Source of the DNA: Dudresnaya verticillata | Taxonomy: Eukaryota | DNA: 20,000 nucleotides | Direction of reading: 5' to 3' | Assembly: GCA_977862235.1 (NCBI GenBank) | Contig: OZ374564.1 | Location: 2,715,245-2,735,244, forward strand | Made by a program: the position numbers and the translations under genes | In this document: one piece after another, positions 10,201 through 18,530 of the stretch | Layout: each line of letters starts with the position of its first letter | Position numbering within the stretch: the stretch's first letter is position 1 | The notes under the pieces: generated by a model | The model's input: only the letters and a program-made list of their open reading frames with translations | The model's database searches: none | What the model was told of the DNA's origin: nothing

Positions 10201-11909
10201 AGATCAACAAGGCGTGCGACATGTTGTTCACCCCGCTCCACCATGCTTCCGGTCGTCGCCTGCTCGGTGAGGGCACAGCTCGCAGGTACAAGAATGACGA
10301 TGTCGCCCTGTACAACATCATGGAGGGCGAAAGGCGTCTGGTTCGCAGTGAAGTCACAGGCGTAGCGATGGTGACGGCAGTCCAGCGCCTCGATGCCTAC
10401 AACGAAGCGACGGAGACGGGGAAGGCGGCCATTGGAGGATATCGACGGGCAAAGCCGTCGACAAATCCAGAGAAGTGTCTGGAGGAGCCGCAGTCCGAAC
10501 ACTACTACTACCAGGAGTCAAAGTTCTCGGCCCAGACCGCCTTATTAGCAGAGGCTGCAAAACTTGGGGCGAGGGCGGCAGTTGCAGCGACACGGCTTTG
10601 CTGTGGGCTTCTCGGTCTTCGTTCAGTGAACTGCATACTCCTGGCCGGGGAATGCGAGAGTAGGTTACCCCGACGGACGTCGGAGGCATATGAGTGGTTT
10701 GCTATTAACGTTTGGCATCGTCGCCCCCAGACGAGACATATGTTGCATAGGCGGGTGAGAAGTGGGACTGGAAGTACGACTGGAGCTGGGTGTGTACTAA
10801 GAATCGTGAACAAGGAGCAGATGGCCTGGGGGATGCACAGTCTCGATAATCACATGTGTGCCATTGTGGTGATGGCTCTGCCTGGGCTTCAGAAGGTCCT
10901 TCGCGATCTGGTATTTACGGACAAGTATGATGTGGACTTGTGGGCTGGCACGAAGCAGAGTGGGATGCGTGTTAAGGACCCTGTCGACCGGGCCCGAATG
11001 GGTGGAAGCCGCTTTGACTATGATGTCTTTCGTGTTCTGGAGAAAGCAGCTGGTCGATACAAGTGGTTGGAGGACGCCTGGCATGATTTGGAGATTCCCT
11101 CGCGTATTGCCCGTGTGCTGTACGCTATTCAGACTCGCGACCCGTGCGTTGGGGACTTGATGTCCCAATGCATCATTCTCTCGCAGAGACCTGATGATGA
11201 AGCCCACCAATCGAAGGTGGTGATGCTTGAATTTGTCAACCAGGACGAGTTTAAGAAAGACCGCGACATAAACGTGAGGCTGACTGACAGGCTTCCGGAA
11301 AGAAGATCTCTGGGGCCAGGAGGTGGGGCATCTGGAGAGGTGATGTCGAATCTTTCCGGGGGCGGCGGGAGTCGAAGGGGTAGTAAAGGACGTAGGGATA
11401 GCAGTAGTAGCGCTGGTCGCGGTGGTGGAGGCGTGGGTGGTGGAGGCGGAAGTGGTGGTGGGCGTAAGAGAAACGTTTCTTGGCGCCGCGCGCCGCACAA
11501 CACCGTCGGAAGCATAACTGTTGGCAGAGCTACTGAGGCGCTGCGTGTGGCAGATGCTGAAGAGCGGCAGAAGAATTTTACTATGGTTCTTGCTAGTGCT
11601 TTCGACTTGTGTAGAACGCACCCGGAACTGATTGACAATCACGATCTGGACAAGCGTGCCGAATTACTTGAAGGGATTCTGAATCAACCAGTAGATGGAC
11701 TGCCGGACATCAAGAAGGAGTTGCCGGAACCTGAAGAGTTTATGGACGAGGTTCAAATTGTGCATGAGCATGTTATGACTCAAGTGCAGTCTGCCAGTCA
11801 GTCTGCCACTCAAGCCGAGTCCCGGAAGGAAGGGCGAAAGCAAGCAGAAGATCATGCAAGGGGTGGTATCGATAGTGATGAGGAGTCTTCAGAGAATGAA
11901 TCCACGTAG
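7242..11909 (+). CDS. Intronless 1555-aa protein: long Pro/Ala/Ser/Lys-rich disordered N-terminus, CxxC-x8-H-x3-C motif, putative tyrosine-recombinase/protelomerase-fold C-terminal region, Gly/Arg-rich linker, acidic tail
   Basis: Uninterrupted 4668-nt ORF with ATG in AAGGATGG context. Motifs: LGEGTARRYKND, LCCGLLGLRSVNCILL (R1127), LRIVNK (K1191), PSRIARVLYA (R1288/R1291), IILSQRPDDEAHQSK. The ORF itself is certain; the family assignment is tentative. Confidence 0.85.
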   Translation: MANSPRRGRGGKNRGKLPSVRGRRPRGVTAVPPAADPNDTPPAGEADPTVTPPAGDPTVDSSSKARSKATPPKEVSEGVAGDAPPSVRKPSSNLKKASETAIGPRLRSETTATAPPQSCSQDDSSLTPAVAGKSTGTPKKNSGEPGTKASSGGGAEKRGGDPTSKPPQKAGKVKTALPRNVGKGDEGRSPPVSRKPVPRKPATRDFVEKGSSEVGKSDGAVHPSPPPKGTPRAPPGPPEAAPSAPPKAAPSAAPSAPPKAVPSAPAAATAAKSSQSGQGVRPASGEESPAIAKAAGKHPKPAAPTQPTRRNRASDGNLPSTGSATTGKTRNSRAPSGLRSQAAHSDAGKMPVSSKGPPTSAGEPVYYNGKFTESVTGVGEASATGTTMSMKSKMPQPAIVLEYWDSWRMVNRPGSDLTQLFKQPIGHALYPNNGDGQKWPVAIPLSNIRIATANNIREVQESFLSGGDGEARWHEGLGAATLMTTAAALGIQVPDEYLERIQIAEKSAPGNPATGPIHLYRYKKRYRPPLPDAWKLPPFGDAYVPPDARIGIEDGNVRLSAAAITGVEKVRAHVSVFVIPQQQLEGMTGDPCDIAAAGNWLEGMMTTVANRLNEATASIGTTTPVQMALSCARLRTGTARQLPSRVWMPQSDRIGSKNKTLSEVRAKLREALDDIIVISDEEDCAEHSDEDKQASQERNDTEGADTAPVGPEAAAVNLPGTRSHGASTLVLPIPGEDEAMSYIGTIREASKQRNSEAPPPARTEAGCQDPAGIKPREKKNYEIAPWSGVILSTNTPGYEESQPRVPNASEYLAGAFVAGERHGIVARSVIGDLKPAEKRKRNEMRKKRSGENGLSAEQSEAMKRLRVQTHGEEGSRAVPVEDLEEHQKAAVEEAKEKKTSDRQSFLEMAKENSDFLFVCGGVEIVENKIQHRCMACWLDYQLIRHDKACTWALEVLDARDSPVELGGVKRPFVLPYEGGRYRWMKTEINKACDMLFTPLHHASGRRLLGEGTARRYKNDDVALYNIMEGERRLVRSEVTGVAMVTAVQRLDAYNEATETGKAAIGGYRRAKPSTNPEKCLEEPQSEHYYYQESKFSAQTALLAEAAKLGARAAVAATRLCCGLLGLRSVNCILLAGECESRLPRRTSEAYEWFAINVWHRRPQTRHMLHRRVRSGTGSTTGAGCVLRIVNKEQMAWGMHSLDNHMCAIVVMALPGLQKVLRDLVFTDKYDVDLWAGTKQSGMRVKDPVDRARMGGSRFDYDVFRVLEKAAGRYKWLEDAWHDLEIPSRIARVLYAIQTRDPCVGDLMSQCIILSQRPDDEAHQSKVVMLEFVNQDEFKKDRDINVRLTDRLPERRSLGPGGGASGEVMSNLSGGGGSRRGSKGRRDSSSSAGRGGGGVGGGGGSGGGRKRNVSWRRAPHNTVGSITVGRATEALRVADAEERQKNFTMVLASAFDLCRTHPELIDNHDLDKRAELLEGILNQPVDGLPDIKKELPEPEEFMDEVQIVHEHVMTQVQSASQSATQAESRKEGRKQAEDHARGGIDSDEESSENEST
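7957..8035 (+). repeat. In-frame coding minisatellite (AAPS/APPK units)
   Basis: Repeated GCGGCCCCGAGT / GCGCCGCCAAAA units encoding EAAPSAPPKAAPSAAPSAPPKAVPSAP. Confidence 0.85.
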
Positions 11910-12133
11910 GTTGCAACGCTTCGGGCGCCTCCTGCAGTGAACCTGCTAACCAGTAAAGTTCAAACGTGTACATTCTATCAGCTGATGCGCCTAGTGAGAG
12001 GGAGAGTTACGAACGGTCTGTAGACATGTTGGTATCCGACAGACAAGGACAATACATTTACTAATATTGGATCTCGGAAAGGACCGATATAGCTGGGCGG
12101 AGACGTATGGGGAATTGTAGCAAAGTGACATGG

Positions 12134-12508
12134 TTAGCGATTGGACTTGCGTCTCAGCCTGGACCTCGGAGGCGGAGGCGGCAGGACATGCTTTGCGCGG
12201 TCAATAGCAAGGAATCTTTGTTCGAGTCTCTGGAATGCTTCTTCTCTGGATAATTTGGGTTTGTTTGGCTGCTCTTGCCGAGTTCTGGCTGGTCGAGGTG
12301 CGGTTTCCTTTCGGGCAGGTGTGTTTTGCGTTCTTGCACGACGGGAAGTCTTGGAGATACGACCTCGAGAATGACGGCGGTGGGACTTCACAGGTGGTTT
12401 CCTTGGAATGGAGGAGCGAAATCTTCGCCGCGAGTCCTGTGTGAAATCAAAATCGGAGCTAGAGTCAGTGTCTACGTCAGCCGGACCGGGGGCAACACTT
12501 CGAGGCAT
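12134..12508 (-). CDS. Small Arg/Lys/Ser-rich basic protein (124 aa), convergent with the large ORF
   Basis: ATG-initiated ORF: acidic DTDSSSDFDFTQ motif, then a highly basic region and a predicted helix SREEAFQRLEQRFLAIDRAK. It ends about 225 bp from the large ORF stop. Confidence 0.5.
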   Translation of the reverse strand: MPRSVAPGPADVDTDSSSDFDFTQDSRRRFRSSIPRKPPVKSHRRHSRGRISKTSRRARTQNTPARKETAPRPARTRQEQPNKPKLSREEAFQRLEQRFLAIDRAKHVLPPPPPRSRLRRKSNR

Positions 12509-13190
12509 TCTTGAGGGGGTAGGTATGAAAGGACTGGATGTGTGGATGGCGGTGTCGCGGTGAGAGAACTGTAGGGGGAAGCAAACCTATGAATAGCAAT
12601 TCAGAGCCGAGCAGTTGATGAAACAGCAGTACATCTTGAAATTGAAAATTTGTAATCGGGGTAATGAAGCACTCTTAATAAATCACCAATCTCCGGAGAG
12701 CTCGTACGTACCATCGATGTTTAATCGATTCAGTCGACAATGGAGGTTGTCTATTCGAAAGCACTGTAATCAAGCGACACATTTACGTCATTTACGTCTA
12801 CGTCTTCATTTGCGGAAACGAACGCAGGTAATTGTCCCGGTGTTGGATACTAGGGAAGAGGTTAGAGGTTAGGGGATTGGAGGGCCGTATCAATGGGGTA
12901 ATAAGTGGACGCAGGACTTCTGCGTGAAGTCAAAATCAGAGTCGGAGTCCTATTTACAAGTTCGCAGAGCCGCGCGCAACTCATCGAAGAATTCTTGATG
13001 GAGTGAGCTAAGTTTCGACTGGAAGTGATGTGTGTGTTGCAGGCCCGACCCAGCGAGGCACCGCCTGATGAAACAACGGTGCATTTCGAAATTCAAAAAT
13101 TTGTAATCAGAGCAATGAAGCACTCTTCAGTAATTGCACTCGTCAGTAATCGCCATTTCCGGGTTTCTACAGAACGTACCGTCAATTTAG
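12430..13190. repeat. Diverged ~450-480 bp tandem duplication
   Basis: GTGAAATCAAAATCGGAG (~12441) vs GTGAAGTCAAAATCAGAG (~12924). GATGAAACAGCAGTACATCTTGAAATTGAAAATTTGTAATCGGGGTAATGAAGCACTCTT (12617) vs GATGAAACAACGGTGCATTTCGAAATTCAAAAATTTGTAATCAGAGCAATGAAGCACTCTT (13067). Confidence 0.65.
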
Positions 13191-13242
13191 TCGAGATTGT
13201 AGTCTGTCTCCTTGCAAGCCCTCTTTCAAACACAGCGAGACG

Positions 13243-13294
13243 ACATCTCCCTCTGCAGAATTGAGGGAGTCCACATCTCCCTTTGCAGAATTGA
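13243..13294. repeat. 22-bp direct repeat with 30-bp period, just inside the right array
   Basis: ACATCTCCCTCTGCAGAATTGA at 13243 and ACATCTCCCTTTGCAGAATTGA at 13273. Confidence 0.9.
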
Positions 13295-13318
13295 ACGCAG
13301 TTCGCTATCCCGCTTTGA

Positions 13319-14214
13319 CCGGAAAGGACCGTAACCTTACGGTGCCATCCGGTTGTGCATGTTTAACAAGCTATCACCGGATAGGACCGTAATCTTACGG
13401 TGCCATCCGTTTATGCATACTTAGCAAGCCATGACCGGATAGGACCGTAATCTTACGGTGCCATCCGGTTGTGCATACCTAGTATCCGATGACCGGATAG
13501 GACCGTAACCTTACGGTGCCATCCGTTTATGCATACTTAGCAAACCATGACCGGATAGGACCGTAACCTTACGGTGCTATCCGGTTGTGGATGCTTAAGA
13601 AGCTATCATCGGATAGGACCGTAATCTTACGGTGCCCTCCGCTTGGGCATACTTAGCAGGCTATCACCAGATAGGACTGTAGTAGTACGGTGCCATCCGT
13701 TTATGCATACTTAGCAAGCTATGACCGGTTAGGACCGAAATATTACGATGCTATCCGGTTGTGCATACTTAGACCGCTATGAGCGAATAGGACCGTAATA
13801 TGACAGTGCCATCCTGTTGCCTAGCAATCTCTGACTGGATAGGACCGTAATCCTACAGTGCCATCCGGTTGTGCACACTTAGCAAGCTATGCCCGGATAG
13901 GACCGTAATATGACAGTGCCATCCGTTTGTGCGCACTTAGCAAACTATGCCCGGATAGGGCCGTAATATGACAGTGCCATCCGGTTGCGCATACCTAGCA
14001 AGCTCTGACTGGATAGGACCGTAACCGGATAGGACCGTAATATGACAGTGGCATCCGGTTGCGCATGCCTAGCAAGTTCTGACTGGATAGGACGGTAATC
14101 CTAAAGTACCATCCGGTTGTGCATACCTAGCAAGCTATGACCGGATAGGAACGTAACCTTACGGTGCCATCCGGTTGTGCATGCTTAACAAGCTATCACC
14201 GGATAGGACCGTAA
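13319..14214. repeat. Right palindromic-site array: 58-bp units (34-bp palindrome + 24-bp linker), 15 full and 2 half copies
   Basis: Full cores at 13319, 13377, 13435, 13493, 13551, 13609, 13667, 13725, 13783, 13835, 13893, 13951, 14025, 14083 and 14141; half cores at 14009 and 14199. Consensus is CCGGATAGGACCGTAATCTTACGGTGCCATCCGG + TTGTGCATACTTAGCAAGCTATGA. Confidence 0.95.
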
Positions 14215-16587
14215 GGCTCCCTTTTGCGTTGTGCCTGGCCGCAAATGATATTGCGATATTAGTTCTTGATACCGAAGCGGTGTGCCCTACATCCTAAAAG
14301 TTGGTCAACCAGGCAAGGGCAGGAAAATCTAAGCTGTAGTTTTGGAATGATTCCTGACCATAAAGCCTCAAGCAGGAGACTTTTCCACCATGGAAGCCCA
14401 GTCTCTGGGTGGTTAAAACCGTGCTTGTGAGTGCCTATATAATATCGCTCGTTCCACAGAGGAAAGGAGGGTGAGGAATATACTTCCTTTTATTCTGAGG
14501 GAGGAGACGGTTTTTCAATTCCATGTTGTTGCAGTTGGACGAGGTTCATATCAATGTCAATGCTGGATCGACTGGTGGTCCTTTAGAAGTGCAATAGGAC
14601 AAGAAATGATGCAGTAGAACAAGCGTTGAGGATTGGAAGACAAGTTACAAAAGAAAGATTTAGACAATTGCATGGCGACGGTCACAGGTTGGACTACCTT
14701 TGCTTCGGCTAAACGAAGCCATCCCAGAAAGGTTTGGTTCTGCAAGAAATGTAAGATGATAGCCGGGCATATTCTGCAGGTGTCCCTCACGTGCATCCTA
14801 TCAATGATATCAGTGAAAGGATCACGAAGTAGAATCCCGCAGAATGCGCCCACGTGCGGAAGAAAGCCTGTTCTTGCAATTCGCCGAGATCTCGACAGCT
14901 GAATTCGTCGATTCGAGGCTGGGTAGAGTTCCAGGGAATTCATGTTGTGGCCAGGAAAAATTGGACATGATCGAGGCATGACAATGAAGTTTATTTTCGA
15001 GTATAAATGTTCACCTGTGGGTGTGATTGTATACATTTGTACTGCCCATGGAGAGCAAGTGCAGATGAAAACAGTCGTTAAGGAAGAATTTGTGTAGTTG
15101 TGGAAACCGTGAGGGTAAAAAAACAGTTCGGAGCACCAAGAATGAATATTGCTGAAACAGTTTGGGTGCTGATTATGAAAGTTGCAGTACAAAGCTGGGA
15201 TAGAGTGAGTAGTACCATTCGAAATGTCGCGCGCAAAAAGCTAACATACGCAAGAAGGGGTTTTCCTCTGGTTAACGTGCTTCACAAAGAGGGGTCTTTG
15301 CATTCCAAATGCGTAGAAGGTAAGATTTTGTTTCGTGTTCTCTAACCTTTGCTTCGTCTTGAAGAAAGACCAGTAAGCTAATTGCTTTTTACGCAGGCCG
15401 TGTGATTACAAAACACCAGCATGCAACAGACGAGCTTTATTGGGACTGCCGCCAGTAACTAATTGTACTAACATGTTCGACTCAGGCGCCCGTGTGGTAA
15501 TCCTAATCCTAGCCTACAAGTAAGCTCTGTGCGAGCGGAGAAAAAGTAAAGGCATCGCTCTAATAAGTATCAACGTCACCACGGTCTTTATTGTCTCCCA
15601 TCTTGAAAATCCTTCTCTACAGCGCCGTCTAGTTGTTCTGGCGTTTATGAAACGTCTTCGAACAAACCATCTGCTTAGTGCTGGAGCTCCCCTTTTCCCG
15701 GTTGCAAATCAGCATTGCTTTCGAAGGCTCATTGGAAAATCAGTATCCAGCATTTATGCGTTACGCGATCAGAAACGTACAGTACCAGAAAATAGGTGCT
15801 CAATCCCGTCTACTTCTATTGAGGACCAGTGCTCATCAAGCCTGCCAAGCTCAACGTAAGCGTTGTTTTGCGATTTGAATGGGCGAGTACGTTGTGTGCC
15901 CTTTACAACACAGACCAACAACTTGAATACTGGGTGATGTCAGCTCGTTCGGAGAAAGACTGCGATTGATGTTTTAGCTTAGCTTTGCAAATCTTAGCGT
16001 TGCTGGACCTTCCATTGTTCTCATAATTTTGGATAAACTTCTGTAAATGGGGTGAAAGTCGGAAATAGCTTTCCGGATCTTGAGTGTAGATGCGTTTTTT
16101 CTAATACGAATGCACGACACTCTTCTCGATTCGTACGGTCCCACACTCCACGAAGTCTGGTTACCGTTGCAACAACTATTGCGGGGATGACCAGGCTCGA
16201 AAAAGAGGGATTAACTTTATGTTTGCTTGATCCCAACTGGCCGAGCGCTTTGCCGCGTACAAAGTCACGTCGCCAAGAAGGATGCAGTCGTTGTAGCAAC
16301 AATGCAACCCCTTTAAGCGCATTCCTTTTTCCGTATCCTCTGATTCAGTAGTGTGTTTGAGAGCTTTCTTTGCCGTGCAAGGGCGAAGTTTCGACAAACG
16401 TCTAAATATGTACCGACCTTGCAACTCGCAAGGTCAGCACACCCGACTTGCAATGTCAATGCTCAACGCGCATGACTGGCAAGGTCAAAACACTCAAAAC
16501 GTTAACCACAATGCCCCGTCTGATCTACTTCATTCTGCTCTGTCGCATCGCTTCTGCATGCGTAGATCCACCGGGTGACTCAACTCT

Positions 16588-16647
16588 GATTACCGATGTG
16601 ATAACCAATGTGATAACCGATGGGATAACCGATGTGATAACCGATGG
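16588..16647. repeat. 12-bp minisatellite, 5 copies (GATAACCGATG[T/G])
   Basis: gattaccgatgt gataaccaatgt gataaccgatgg gataaccgatgt gataaccgatgg. Confidence 0.95.
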
Positions 16648-17109
16648 TACCACGCAAGTCTGATGCTGGCGAAGAGCTTTCACAGGGGAACACACTGCTG
16701 TCCCAAGGACACGGCTCGAGCACTACCACTCTAGGAGATAGCCGCAGAGCTAAGGGGTTTTTCAGGCAAGCGAGACTTTCAACCTCTGAAAACACTGGCC
16801 TTCATGGTGTACGAGGGCGAGGGGATTGATGCTCCGGACTATCTCCGTGCCAAGAAAATACTCGAGCTCCTTGTGGAGCGTGATGCTCGGGCGCTCCCTC
16901 GTGCGGACTTATACGACGCTTGCAATAAGTTAGGGGAGATGTACTTCAAGGGCCAGGGATGCGAGAAGGATCTTAATTCCGCCAAGAGGCACTTCAAGAG
17001 AGCACGGACCATAGCGAATGATCCGTTTTTCGAGGCGGAAATGCGGAAGAAGATTGCAGAAATTGATGGAACCATGTCTTGTGAGGACCAGGAGGGACCA
17101 GGTAATTAG
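16645..17109 (+). pseudogene. Sel1-like repeat (SLR) protein remnant with a premature stop
   Basis: Frame +1: ASLMLAKSFHRGTHCCPKDTARALPL*EIAAE / LKTLAFMVYEGEGIDAPDYLRAKKILE / ACNKLGEMYFKGQGCEKDLNSAKRHFKRA. TAG at 16732-16734 lies at the Tyr position of an SLR; another in-frame stop is at 16576-16578. Confidence 0.75.
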
Positions 17110-17464
17110 CTCTCCAGGTATGCCGTAGCCATCCTTGCAAAACAAGTGAAAAAAGGGCCACTTGCGCTTCTCCCGCCGGCAAAGGCCGCGATGCTTGGTG
17201 ATTATAGTTGCATTTCGTGGATAAAGCTACACTTCTCTACCGCCATATTGCCCCCCGTATTTACGCGCAGTCGTTGTGGCGGCAGACGTGGCGACAAAGG
17301 CGACAACGCCTGCAGTGTGAGCGAAAATATCTTTCGGGCTTTGCGCGCTTGCGTTCTACCTACTCCACCTTGTCCAGGAGCAGAGCTGACTTCTCGGTTG
17401 CATTATCGCAGATAACTTATGTTGCGACATAGAGGACGACAATAAGGTTTAGGCGGCTGTGGGA

Positions 17465-17745
17465 CGCGCCAATCAGAAGGTCTGTTCATAACAGGGTTCC
17501 CGGATGAACGGGATTTTTAATTGGCTGCTTCAGTGGGGCGCCACGAGCATACGGCTGGCCCCTAATCGCACCAATTAGAAAGCCTGTTCATAACAGGGTT
17601 CCCGGATGAACGGGGGTTTTAATTGGCTGCTGCAGTGGGGCGCCACGAGCATACGGTTGGCCCCTAATCGCACCAATCAGAAAGCCTGTTCATAACAGGG
17701 TTCTCGGATGAACGGGGGTTTTAATTGGCTGCTTCATTGAGGCGC
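17465..17745. repeat. 102-bp subtelomeric tandem repeat (~2.75 copies) with opposed CCAAT boxes
   Basis: CCAAT[C/T]AG at 17469, 17571 and 17673. Each unit also has the hairpin CCTGTTCATAACAGG (TCTG in copy 1) and an inverted TAATTGG. Confidence 0.9.
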
Positions 17746-18220
17746 AGTTGCTAGCACTACAGCATGGACACGATTCGCACAACCTTGGTCTCGGAGTTCA
17801 GCTCTAAAGGTCTGCCCGAGTGGTCTATATTCTCACTCAGCTGAGGGGATGGAGAGGGAGAGAGGAAGAGAACTGAGCTTCTACGATCATGCGTGCTTGT
17901 AGTCGATGTGGAGCGCGGCGCGGAAGCGTTGGAACAGGATCAGTTCGTCGTCGTCTGGCCCGGAGGTTTCAAAGAGTTGGAGAAGGCATGGTTTGGTGTC
18001 TGAACAGAAAGTGCCATTATGTTGGGCACAGAAGGATGCATGCCGGCGTAGGAAAAAATGTTACCTTCTCTTTCAACGGCGCCGAGTGTGTCGGTACCAA
18101 AGGTTGTCTCGGAGATGGTTTAGTCAGCGGGTGGCTCTCGGGATGTGTCGCGCTTCTACGGCAATGCAACTGTGACATAGATTTCCGTGAACCAGCTATG
18201 TCGTGGCTGATAAGGTCACG

Positions 18221-18394
18221 TTTAGGGGTTATACTTCTATATTATATAGTAACGGATTAGGTAGTTTGGGAGCAAGGATTGTTTGTATGTAAGGGAGCTA
18301 CGGTTTAGGGGTTTAGTATACTTCTATACTATATAGTAACGGATTAGGTAGTTTGGGAGCAAGGATTGTTTGTATTTAAGGGAGCTACGGTTTA
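18221..18394. repeat. 87-bp tandem duplication, each copy headed by a telomeric TTTAGGGG unit
   Basis: TTTAGGGG at 18221 and 18304. The body TATACTTCTATA.TATATAGTAACGGATTAGGTAGTTTGGGAGCAAGGATTGTTTGTAT.TAAGGGAGCTACGGTTTA starts at 18230 and 18317. Confidence 0.9.
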
Positions 18395-18530
18395 AGTGGA
18401 AGCTGGGGAGTAAGGCAGATAGATGCGTAGGTACTTGGTTTAACGGGTTATGGGAGTAGCTGAGATGAAATCTAGCAAGAGATGTATTTAATGAGGTATG
18501 GGTATAACAGTCAGCATATATAATTAGCGG

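Larger units (their letters stand above)
6759..14214. mobile_element. Putative subtelomeric element: two convergent ORFs bracketed by arrays of the same 34-bp palindromic site
   Basis: The same core motif occurs on both sides of an intact 4.7-kb ORF within otherwise decayed sequence. The right edge falls exactly at a palindrome centre (14214). No TSD or classical TIR was identified. Confidence 0.5.

Noticed and set aside
7114..11973. Antisense and alternate-frame ORFs inside the 1555-aa ORF (e.g. 10797-11642, 7184-7888)
   Set aside because: Shadow ORFs of a GC-rich coding strand with no independent motifs.
13319..14214. CRISPR array (palindromic ~34-bp repeats with ~24-30 bp spacers; same for 6809-7224)
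   Set aside because: The spacers are near-identical to one another rather than unique, the repeats are degenerate, the context is a eukaryotic subtelomere, and no cas genes are present.
6809..14214. Classical terminal inverted repeats of a DDE transposon (CACTA/MULE)
   Set aside because: The asymmetric positions of the core show both arrays in the same orientation, the linkers are unrelated, and no CACTA end, TSD or DDE motif was recognised.
14557..15345. 211-aa minus-strand ORF and plus-strand Cys-containing ORF (possible RING remnant CKKC..GH..C..PTC)
   Set aside because: No recognisable family, atypical composition, and incomplete ligand spacing.
17889..18060. TnpB/Fanzor zinc-ribbon-like CSRCG...CLNRKCHYVGHR
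   Set aside because: It lacks the RDxNAA motif and any upstream RuvC sequence, there is an in-frame stop just upstream, and another frame looks more protein-like.
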